Assembly: GCA_976226885.1 (NCBI GenBank)
Contig: OZ320322.1
Coordinates: 64,852,001-64,916,000, forward strand
DNA length: 64,000 bases
Reading direction: 5' to 3'
DNA from: Iphione sp. A-MEVVRFRX5
Lineage: Eukaryota
The notes under the pieces are model-generated. The model made no database searches, was not told the origin of the DNA, and was given only the letters and a program-made list of their open reading frames with translations. Shown piece by piece: positions 22,595 to 34,500 of this stretch. Position 1 is the stretch's first letter. Each line of letters starts with the position of its first letter. The position numbers were made by a program, and so were the translations under genes.

Positions 22595-25500
22595 GTAAGA
22601 GCTCCCCTTTATCTCACCTTACAGGAGACCCGGGCGGTCTGTCTGCCTCCGAACCACTGAGAGCTCCACTTTATCTCACCTCTCAGGAGACTAGTGTGGT
22701 CTGTCTACCTCTGAACCACTGGGAGCTCCCCTTTAATCTCACCTCTCAGGAGACCTGGGCGGTCTGACTGTCACCAAACCACTGAGAGCTCCCCTTTATC
22801 TCACCTCTCAGGAGACCCGTGCAGTCTCTCTGCTTCTGAACCAGTAGCAGACACTAGATGAACCTTTCTCCTAATTCTAGTGAAAGAATCATGATTTCCT
22901 GAAGAGAATGAAGCTGATTCGAAAAACTAAAATGAAAATCCCTAAACATTTGACTAAATGTCCTGTAATGGTTAAAACAAGGACCCGTCCGTCATGCTGT
23001 CGTCTTGAGTGGGTTATGAGTTGTGTTTTGGTGGAGGAGACTTGGTCTGTGCCCCAGGCAGGCCTGTCCCACAGCCGCCAGTCGGAGCAGCTCTACCAAC
23101 ATTGCATCTATTGACCGTCAGTCTAGATATTGTTGTAGTAATAACTTCATGTATTATTAATCTAGCTCTTTCATATTAGAAGAAGATTGTCCATTATCGG
23201 CATGTCTGCGGTATGGTTGAGGCGATCTACATGGTTACACCCTTCTTAACTGTCCTACGACCAATCAACCACCTCGATGGTGCAGGAAAGAAAACAGAAA
23301 AAAAATCATCGTGAAGAAAGTTTAGAAATTTGTTCTGCGAAGTTCACTAAACGGGAAATAACTTTGGAATAAACTACATGTAGTCCCTAGCTACTCTGAG
23401 TTGTCCATGTCCTGTAATTACCTCTCCTAATGACCTTGCATGCTACCACCTGTAACTCATCTACCTTCACCAAGTACCCCACATGCTACCCCCTGTAACT
23501 CATCTACCTTTACCAAGTACCCTGCACGCTACCACCTGTAACTCATCTACCTTTACCAAGTACCCGTCATGCTACCCCCTGTAACTCATCTTCCTTTTTT
23601 TTTTTTTTTTTAAACTTTTATTTTCCCTGGCGTAAAATACAGCCAGGCCATAACAACATAAAAATGATACATTTCATAATATTTAGAAACAATGTCACAA
23701 ATCTATTTTCTTTACATATATGTGTATCCCTCACTGTTAGTGGGATATCCAATAGAATCTTGATCCAATATTATATATCAAATATTAAATTGCAGTTTTC
23801 CAAATTTGAGAGAGTATGAGGTTGTTATATCACATATATAAATAATAGGTGTGTGTACGAATCTTATGTGAATTTATTATAATGTCGCTAAGTAAATTGG
23901 TAATCTCATTTGAACTATCCATTTTTATGGCACCATCCAATTCTCCTTCAACTTTTTATTCAGTAACATATATTTTAACCGATTCTTAAATTTTGTTGGT
24001 ATTAGTTGTTTAAGGTTTTTGTCGAGTGCTTTCCAGGTACTAATACTATGATAACTCGGGCTATATTTATATGTCATTGTCTGTGGTAGTGGTAAATTGA
24101 TTTGGGGGTTTCTGGTACGAGTTTGATTAACCGATTGCAATTTTAATAATGTTCTATAATTAAGCGTTAGAGTAAAATATTGATTACGCTCCTTTAGACC
24201 CATTATAGAGAATCTCTGTAATAAAAAGCTCACATCTGTAGTATAATCCCTTGTCGCTATTCTTAGAGCCTTGTCTAATTGTTTCTCTAGTCTTTTGAAT
24301 AAAGGACTCGTATAGTTTGATAGTAATGCAATCCCATAATCCAAAATCGGAATAAAAAAAGACTGAATTAATTGAATAGTTGCATTTATATTGCTTTTTA
24401 GCCTAACTTGTCTTAGTAAATTTAACATTGAATAAGTTCTATTTAGTTTATTTTCTAACTCTAGGTTGAAATTCAGCTTAGTATCCAATGTAATGCCTAA
24501 ATATTTGAAAGAAGATAATTGCTTTAGTTGTACACCGTTTAATACTAAATTTAAATTCACATCTTTGTATTTGTTTCTTGTTGTCGAGAACAACATTGTG
24601 ACTGTTTTGGCTACATTCACTACTATACCATTAATTTTGTACCACTCAGCTATTTGATCCAAGTCATTCTGTAACTTCTCCATTATTGTATTAGGGTTTT
24701 CTCCTTTGATAAACAGTACTGTATCATCTGCATACATAATGCTTTCACAACTCGTATAGTAGCTAATGCTGTCATTGATGAACACCAAGTACCCCACATG
24801 CTACCCCCTGTAACTCATCTACCTTTACCAAGTGCCCCACATGCTACCCCCTGTAACTCATAGACCTTCACCAAGTACCTGTCATGCTACCCCCTGTAAC
24901 TCATAGACCTTCACCAAGTATCAGTCATGCTACCCCCTGCAACTCATAGACCTTCACCAAGTACCCTGCATGCTACCCCCTGCAACTCATCTACCTTCAC
25001 CAAGTGCCCAACATGCTACCCCCTGTAACTCATAAACCTTCACCAAGTACCCGTCATGCTACCCCCTGTAACACATAAACCTTCACCAAGTACCCGTCAT
25101 GCTACCCCCTGTAACTCATAGACCTTTACCAAGTACCCCACACGCTACCCCCTGTAACTCATAGACCTTCACCAAGTATCAGTCATGCTACCCCCTGTAA
25201 CTCATCTACCTTTACCAAATACCCCACACGCTAGCACCTATAGCTCATCCAACTTTCTTATGTATCCCACATGCTACCATCTGCCAACTGCCAGCCCACC
25301 TACCACCCTGTTCCTCATCCCACCTACCACCCTCTCCCTCACCCCACCTACCACCCTCTCCCTCACCCCACCCACCACCCTCTCCCTCACCTCACCTACC
25401 ACCCTCTCCCACACCCCACCTACCACCCTTTCCCACCTTCTACCTTCCACCCTCTCCCTCACCCTACCTACCACCCTCTCCCTCACCCTACCTACCACCC

Positions 25501-28500
25501 TCTCCCTCACCCCACCTACCACCCTCTCTCTCACCCCACCCACCACCCTCTCCCTCACCCCACCTATGACCCTCTCCCTCACCCTACCTACCACCCTCTC
25601 CCTCACCTCACCTACCACCCTCTCCCACACCCCACCTACCACCCTTTCCCACCTTCTACCGTCCACCCTCTCCCTCACCCTACCTACCACCCTCTCCCTC
25701 ACCCCACCTACCACCCTCTCTCTCACCCCACCCACCACTCTCTCCCTCAGCCCTCTCCCTCACCCTACCTACCACCCTCTCCCTCACCCCACCTACCACC
25801 CTCTCCCTCACCCCACCTACCACCCTCTCTCTCACCCCACCTACCACCCTCTCCATCACCTACCACCCTCACCCTCACCCTGCCTACCACCCTTTCCCAC
25901 CTTCTACCTTCCACCCTCTCCCTCACCCCACCTACCACCCTCTCTCTCACCCCACCCACCACCCTCTCCCTCACCCTACCTACCACCCTCTCCCTAACCC
26001 TGCCTACCACCCTCTCCCTCACCCTACCTACCACCCTCTCCCTAACCCTGCCTACCACCCTCTCCCTCACCCCACCTTCCACCCTCTCCCACACCCCACC
26101 TACCACCCTCTCCCTCAGCCCTCTCCCTCACCCCATCTACCACCCTCTCCCTCACCCCACCTACCACCCTCTCCCTCACCCTACCTACCACCCTCTTCCT
26201 CACCCCACCTACCACCCTCTCCCACACCCCACCTACCACCCTCTCCCTCACCCCACCTACCACCCTCTCCATCACCCCACCCACCACCCTCTCTCTCACC
26301 CCACCCACCACTCTCTCCCTCAGCGCTCTCCCTCACCCTGCCTACCACCCTCTCCCTCACCCCACCCATCACCCTCTCCCACACCCCACCTACCAACCTC
26401 TCCCTCAACCCTCTCCCTCACCCCACCTACCACCCTCTCCCTCACCCCACCTACCAACCTCTCCCTCAACCCTCTCCCTCACTCCACCTACCACCCTCTC
26501 CCTCACCCCACCTACCACCCTCTCCCACACCCCACCAACCACCCTCTCTCTCACCCCACCCACCACTCTCTCCCTCAGCCCTCTCCCTCACCCTACCTAC
26601 CACCCTCTTCCTCACCCCACCTACCACCCTCTCCCTCACCCTACCTACCACCCTCTTCCTCACCCCACCTACCACCCTCTCCCTCACCCCACCTACCACC
26701 CTTTCCCACCTTCTATCTTCCACCCTCTCCCTCACCCTACCTACCACCCTCTCCCTAACCCCACCTACCACCCTCTCCCTCACCCCACCCATCACCCTCT
26801 CCCACACCCCACCTATCACCCTCTCCCTCACCCCACCTTCCACCCTCTCCCTCACCCCGCCTACCACCCTCTCCCTCACCCTGCCTACCACCCTCTCCCT
26901 CACCCCACCTACCACCCTTTCCCACCTTCTACCTTCCTCCCTCTCCGTCACCCTACCTACCACCCTTGCCCTCACAGATGATCACCTCATGGTCAGCCTC
27001 ACATCCCGCCTACCAGCTGCTGTTTCTGCGTTTGATGCCTCCAAGGAACCTCCAGTGTGTTGTGATAAACTGCAACCTAACTTCTTATTTCATTTACAGC
27101 GCTTTGTTAATGAAGATCATCTCAGCGTTCACAAGATGAAGCACGAAATGTCATTGACGCTCACTCCGGGAACGCGGTTGGCAGGCAGCCTTGTGGCTGG
27201 TAAGACTTGTGTGATCCTCTCTTTAGTACTGAGAACATGTCTAATAGATATTATTTTCACACTGCCTTATATTTATGCCTTGAACATGGACCGCCCCCAG
27301 ACATGACCAATTTTTTTTAGGACTGTTACTGTGATCTTTAATCTGTGATCTTTGTTGTTATTTATTCCAGCTGTTATTGGACTTTTTCCAGATGTTAACT
27401 ATTTATCCAGGACTTTTTATTGAAGTTGTTACCACTTTGTGATTCATCTACATAATTTATTATTACTATCAATTACCTCCACCAATCAACATTCATCCAA
27501 GACTTAACTGCAGAACTGTTCTGGTCTAGGCCCCTCCTGATTGGTTACCAAGTTAATAAACATAGCAACTGTTTAGTATAAAAGCCAGTTGATGACAACC
27601 GTTGCCTCACATGTTCACCTGATGAAGTGGTGGACACACCACGAAAGCTTGTGATTGTTAACATGTCTAACCATTATAAATAAAGCCAAGAACTGTTCAA
27701 TTTAGGGTTTCTAGTATCTTTATTCATCAGTTTTCACGTCTAACAGATGTACGAAGTTCTATGTAACTCATTATATTCAGTGATGCGGATTGTAGCTCAT
27801 ATATATCTTTCTATAGTATTTTACCAACAGCATCTCTTATCCAGGTATACTACCATGCAGTGCATTAAATGTAGGGAAATTACATGTAATGGATGTTTGA
27901 CACTAATCTGGAACCCACCTTCCTACCACAAGTTTTGGATTTATGTGACAGTAAGGTGTATAGAAGTGTTCATTTTTATGAAGACCTGGCTTAAGTGATG
28001 TCCCATTTTATGGCTTGAGGGCCCCTCTCAGGAATTCTGGTTGTACATTCAGCCTGTCTCTTATGTTGTGTGAGTATATATAAGCCCTTCTTGGGGATTC
28101 CACATGTACATACAAGCCCATCTCTTAGTTGGTGTCAGAGAATAGGAGCCCTTCTCACAGATTCCACATGTACAAACAAGCCCGTCTCTTACGTGGTGTC
28201 AGAGAATAGGAGCCCTTCTCACAGATTCCACATGTACAAACATGCCCGTCTCTTAGTTGGTGTCAGTAAATAGGAGCCCTTCTCACAGAATCCACATGTA
28301 CATACACGTCCATCTCTTAGTTGGTGTCAGTAAATAGGAGCCCTTCTCACAGAATCCACATGTACATACACACCCGTCTCTTATGTGGTGTCAGAGAATA
28401 GGAGCCCTTCTCACAGATTCCACATGTACATACACGCCCGTCTCTTATGTGATGTCAGCTGGTCCTTTGTTTTCTATTTTGGATATTGTAATGTGTGTGT

Positions 28501-31500
28501 AGGTCTAAGAGAGTGCTGCTGGTGAAAAGTCGAATAGATAACAAGAATAAAGAATCTGGTTCACTCCAAATACACCAAAACAGCTGTGCATGGGGTTATC
28601 TTTCTCGTAGGTGGAAGGAGAAAGGGTCTGTTTAATCAAGAAAACATGTTTACTTATATACTCCAGTGTTGTGCAATACCACACAGATTACATCACAGTA
28701 GCTACAAATAGATGCATTATCTAGACGTATGTTTAGTCTAGAGGAGATTGAGTAATACCAACCTCTGTTGCGCCATAAACAACAATAATACAGTTACCTC
28801 TACTACATAATACCTGTCTGCACAGTTTATTTTTGAAACAGATCCTCTGATACGGATCACCTGAGATGGATTGTCCTAAGCCAGATCACTCACAAAATGC
28901 ATACACACACAACGATAATAAACATATTATGCCTTATCTTTTTATACAAGAAAAAGGTTGATTTTTATGTATGTTCGCCCCAGTGTAATTGATCAAGGAA
29001 GATGAGAGTAGCGGGAATGGTTGGCTGAGGAGATGCTGAGAGAGGCAAAAATTCTTCACTTGTCAGCTAGAAGTCCCACAGTTATGAAATCACCAGTGTG
29101 CAGCAACCTTTAGTTAAACTTCACACGATAAAAGTTTTATCTCGGACTTAATGTGAATCTTTTCTTTTGTAATGGTAACACCTCTGTTATCAAAGTCTCT
29201 GACAAAAAAGGAAGGTTTACCTATACAGGCTGTCTCTTAGATTCGCGATATTCTCAAGCGCTTGCCAGTATGAGTAACTCAGTTTACATGAACATTACTC
29301 CAAACTTTGTTTTCTGTTCTCAGACTTCTCGGCTGACCAGACACCAACACCAACCAAGTTCCTGCGGAACTGTGAGGAGATTGGTCTGTTTAGTGAACTC
29401 AACTCCAACAAGAACCCGTTCGAGGATGCCTTCAAGAAAGCAGCACAGGACAACCTTGCCCACCCAACCAGTGACCCGACCACAGAGGTAGGCCCCCCAC
29501 CACTACTTACCCCCCATCTTGTTCTGGTGACCTAACCACAGGAGTAGGCCCCCCGCCACTACACACCCCCGTCTTGTACAGGTGACCCCACCACAGGGGT
29601 AGGCCCCCCGCCACTACTGACCCCAGTCTTGTTCTGGTGACCCAACCACAGGGGTAGGTCCCCCCGCCACTATGCACCCCCGTCTTGTACAGATGACCCA
29701 ACCACAGGGGTAGGCCCCCCCGCCACTACTCACCCCTGTCTTGTACTCGGGACCCAACCACAGGGGTAGGCCCCCCGCCACTACGCACCCCCATCTTGTA
29801 CTCGGGACCCAACCACAGGGGTAGGTCCCCCCGCCACTACGCACCCCCGTCTTGTACAGGTGACCCAACCACAGGGGTAGGCCCCCCCGCCACTACGCAC
29901 CCCCATCTTGTACTCGGGACCCAACCACAGGGGTAGGCCCCCCACCACTACGCACCCCCATCTTGTACAGGTGACCCCACCACAGGGGTAGGCTCCCCGC
30001 CACTACTGACCCCAGTCTTGTACGGGTGACCCAACCACAGGAGTAGACCACCCACCCCCAGGCAGGGAGGAGAGGAGGGGATGGGAGGGGAGGTTGGGGG
30101 TGGAGGGTTGTATTGCTGACTTAAGTGTCTTCATAAGGACGTGAGGGTTGCATTGTCTACAGCATGAGAGTGTCATCTTAAGACAGATTATGGTGGTATA
30201 CTCAATAACTTGAGTCAGTAAAAGCCAGTTTTGGATGTTTTACTCCCCTCCACTCACAGAAGGAATAGTCGCTCATGCATAAGATGTTAGACCCGTAAGC
30301 GGGGAAGTCTCTCATACATAGAAGCAGTGGGTGTAACCTGTCATACATAGAAGCATTTATTACATGAGCTGCTTGACAAGAGATTCCCTCTTTAGCTGAT
30401 ACTGTTGTCGGTTTGTTGCACCCACCAGAAGTAAGGAAATGGTGAAATGCTCTTCTTATTTGTCTCCCACAGCCCCTGTCTGCCATGGAGGGAGGGACGC
30501 TGCACACGCCAATCCCCCAGGTAAGTGTGTGTCCATGCATGTGTGGGTGTGGGTGTCGAGATGGAAGCATGTAAATAATTCATTAGGCAGTGGTCCCTGT
30601 CAGCAGCAGGGTACCAGGAGTAGTGGTTGAATGTTGATGCGACAAAGTTCGTCTGAAAGGTGATGCTCTGTAGCTATAGCTAAATAGGCTATAGCATGTC
30701 TTTCTAGGTTCATTATAAAGGATGTTATGTCTATGTGAAATATTACTGCCAACTCGCAGTAAGAAAGGAGTCCTTTTTATCATAAATGCACTGTAAACTC
30801 TGTCCTAGCTTCATTTTGACATTATTAAATGATGCACCATTCAGTTAGTTGGTGAGCTGTCTCATTGTCCCTTGTGTCCTCTGATTGGTGACACCAATCA
30901 GCCGTGGTTTACATGGGACCCAATCAGCCGTGGTTTACATGGGACCCAATCAGCCGCGGTTTACATGGGACCCAATCAGCCGCGGTTTACATGGGACCCA
31001 ATCAGCCGTGGTTTACATGGGACCCAATCAGCCGTGGTTTACATGGGACCCAATCAGCCGCGGTTTACATGGGACCCAATCAGCTGCGGTTTACATGGGA
31101 CCCAATCAGCCGTGGTTTACACGGGAACCCAATCAGCTGCGGTTTACTGGAGACCCAATAATCAGCCGCAGGTTACATGGGGAATACCCTGCTGTGTACG
31201 TGTGCGGACCCCACTAATGCTGTCTCTGTTCCATTACTAGCCTTTCACAGCGCAGCCCCAGCCTGAGTACATCCCCCTGCCCGGCCCGACCCCAGACTCA
31301 GGCTCCACCCTTCCATCAGCTCCCGCTGCCACAACTCCTGCTGCTGTTGCTGCAAACCCATCGCCTTCACAGCCGCCTGTCTCACCACTCAAGACGGACG
31401 GGGATGTGGCCATTGATCTGCGCATGCCGACTGCTGCCACACCACCACCACCATCAGCTGCAGTGAAAGTTACCCGTGGGGAGACCATGTCACCCGTAGA

Positions 31501-34500
31501 CATCGATGACACACCACCACCACCACCGCCACCACCACCACCTCCTCCTGCTGCTGCTGTGGCTGCAAGTGTCACCACACCAACCACACCACTGCTGGCA
31601 GGGATGGAGTCAGAAGACGACCTGTCAATCATTTCCAGCTCTAGTATGGGCCCCGCCTCCAGTGAAGGTGAGGGAGACGAGCAGGAGTCGGAAGCAGGAG
31701 ACAGAGAAGGCAAGGTGTGTGTGAAACTCGAGGAGAGTAAGGCTGCTACCAGCCTTGCCGATAGTGGACCACTCATGATGGTGACGTCACCATCTCAGGA
31801 AGTGGTGACGTCACCTAGCATGTCAGGACAAGTACTGACGTCACCAATAGGCTCCACTGCTAATATTACCATAGGGTGAGTATATTCCAGGAGAACACAT
31901 GAAATGTCCTCCGAAATTTTCTCTAATGTTGGCAGTTGCTATGATTGTTTGTGAAGGTGTATATGTACCAGTAATACAAGACACCCCTGACAGGAGATAG
32001 ATTAGTGATGTGTAACTCGCAGACCCAAGGTAGAGTAATAATGTAAGGCTCTGTGGCAAACAACTGGCATCAGGTGGTGCAGCGATATACAATACCATAA
32101 CACCATGTAGGGTAGTACAATGTAATGTAGAACTCCCTGACAGCAGGTAGAGTAGTGACGTAGGGCTCTGTGACAGCAGGTGGAGTAGTGACGGAGGACT
32201 CTGTGACAGCAGGTGGAGTAGTAGTGTAGGGCTCTGTGACAGCAGGTGGAGTAGTGACGTAGGACTCTGTGACAGCAGGTGGAGTAGTGACATAGGGCTC
32301 TGTGACAGCAGGTGGAGTAGTGACGGAGGACTCTGTGACAGCAGGTGGAGTAGTGATGTAGGGCTCAGTGACAGCAGGTGGAGTAGTGATGTAGGACTGT
32401 GACAGCAGGTAGAGTAGTGACGTAGGTTCTGTGACAGCAGGCAGAGTAGTGATGTAGGGCTCTGTGACAGCAGGTGGAGTAGTGACGTAGGGCTCTGTGA
32501 CAGCAGGCAGAGTAGTAGTGTAGGGCTCTGTGACAACAGGCGGAGTAGTGACGTAGGACTCTTTTGACAGCAGACATAGAGCTCCATGACAGCAGGCAGA
32601 GTAGTGACTATGTAGGACTCTGTGACAGCAGGTAGAGTAGTGATGTAGGACTCTGTGACAGCAGGCATAGTAGTGATGCAGTAGATTGATGTTTACAGAA
32701 GGGTATGGAGAGTAGCATGAGTTCAGATACAGCAAATCTGAAACAGGAATAATAACCCCAATCCTAACCTTCTCTCTGTTCTCCCAGGTCCTCTGTCGCA
32801 GCGACACTGCGGCCGCAGTATTTGATGCAGGTGATGCTACAGTTACCCAACGGTCAGACGGTACCTGTACAGATCCCCACCGCTGCTGTGGCCACACCGG
32901 CTCCCACAGCCGCAGCAGCAGCCCTCAGCTCAGCAGTGCCAGGAGTGCAGGTTCTGTCATCGCCCGTGTCGGAGACAGGCAGCCAGCCCGCCATCAGCAG
33001 CCCTCCCTCCGTCCTGTCAGGCACACACAGCACTGTCTCTCTAGGCTCAGTACCCGCAGCTGAAGTCTCCACCACCACCAACGTGGCCAGCACTGCCTCC
33101 GCTGCTACCAAACAGGTTAGGGGCCTCAGTCCATGGGTGGCCATAGAACCATGAGCTTTCTCCTCTACAATGGCAGCTTCCACATGCACGCTGTAGATAT
33201 TTGTTTTCTCAGTTATTTCTGTCTTTCTGAATGTGACGAAAATAATCATTAAGTCATCAAGTCTAAGTAGCAATACACTCTTCCAATGTGGTAAAGTAGT
33301 ATATGTCAACCTTCACCTTTGACCCCTCCAGAAGCTGAAGGCCACCATTACACAGAATGTGCAGCAGAGCGTCCTCCAGAACAACATGCGTGTCATGACA
33401 GAAGCCGTGGAGCGAGTGATCGCGGCACCTGCACAGAGGCCGCAGACGCTGCTCAAGACACCATCTAGTGGTGGAGTGCTCATCCAGCCACCCTCTCTCA
33501 TCTCCAGCCCAAACACTGTCCAGACGCAGGCGGCAGACACCTCCACGCCCTTCGGGTGAGAGTAACTCCTGGCTTTCCTGTGTGTCTTTATATTGCGCCC
33601 CTTCATTCCTTCCATTGTCACATTTCTGAGACATTTTCCTTGTTTTCAGGAGTAAAAGGGCAAGAAAATCAGTCGATGATGATCCCGATGAGAGACGCCG
33701 GAAATTCCTTGAAAGAAACAGGTTGGTAGACTATAAACATCAAGTCTGTCACTCATTCTGTTCAGTCAGGTTTGGTGGGTAGTTTCGGGTCCCCACTGCA
33801 CAGGGAAAACAGGGAAAATGGAAAAAAAATTTCCTGTCAGGGAAAACACAGGGAATTTGAAAATTTTGGCCAAGCACAGGGAAAACACAGGGAAAAAAAT
33901 TCTGAAAATCAGTAAAAAAAAAAAAATCATAGGTCTTTTTCCCTTTAAGATAAGGTCAACATCATTCGTGAGAAAATTATCCTTTCATAATTCAAAGCCC
34001 TGTCTTATAAAGTTGTACAGAAACCAACACAGGGAAAACTGCCATGGCACAGGGAAAACTCAAGGAAAACACAGGGAATTTAAAAATGAAATTTGAGTGG
34101 GGACCCTGTAAGTTTGTTATTATTATGAGTTGGCATCGTATTTCAGAAGGTTTGGGTGGATGGGTTACCATCTACCACCGTATCAGCGAGCATCTCACAC
34201 ATGTATGTTTGGTTCGCAGTGGGGACACCCTCACGTTGCATGTATGTTCATGTTCTCATGAAATTATTTAAAATTTCCCGATTTTTTACTGGCTTGTAGT
34301 TTACCAAGAAACGGAAACTTTTCTGCTTGAATTGCACCGATTATTTGAGTATTTTTATGCCAGATCTGTATTAGTCCTCTTGTCTGACTCCTGTGTAGAG
34401 CGGCTGCCGCCAGATGTCGCCACAAACGTAAACAGTGGATCACCAACCTTGAACGGAAGGCGGACGATATCAACGGTGTCAATGTCAAGCTGCAGGTAAG

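Noticed and set aside
22296-22598. 100-aa ORF (MFIVFTGVT repeats) as an independent gene
   Set aside because: Derived from the 63-bp repeat and out of frame with ATF2; kept only as a potential uORF.
25185-26975. Long Pro/Thr/Leu- or Gly/Arg/Val-rich ORFs (270-495 aa)
   Set aside because: Translations of the 24-bp minisatellite, open in several frames and on both strands; they lie in an ATF2 intron.
32070-32897. Mucin-like ORF ([11 protein letters not shown] repeats) on the minus strand
   Set aside because: Product of the 33-bp array, antisense to the ATF2 intron; no credible signal peptide or exon structure.
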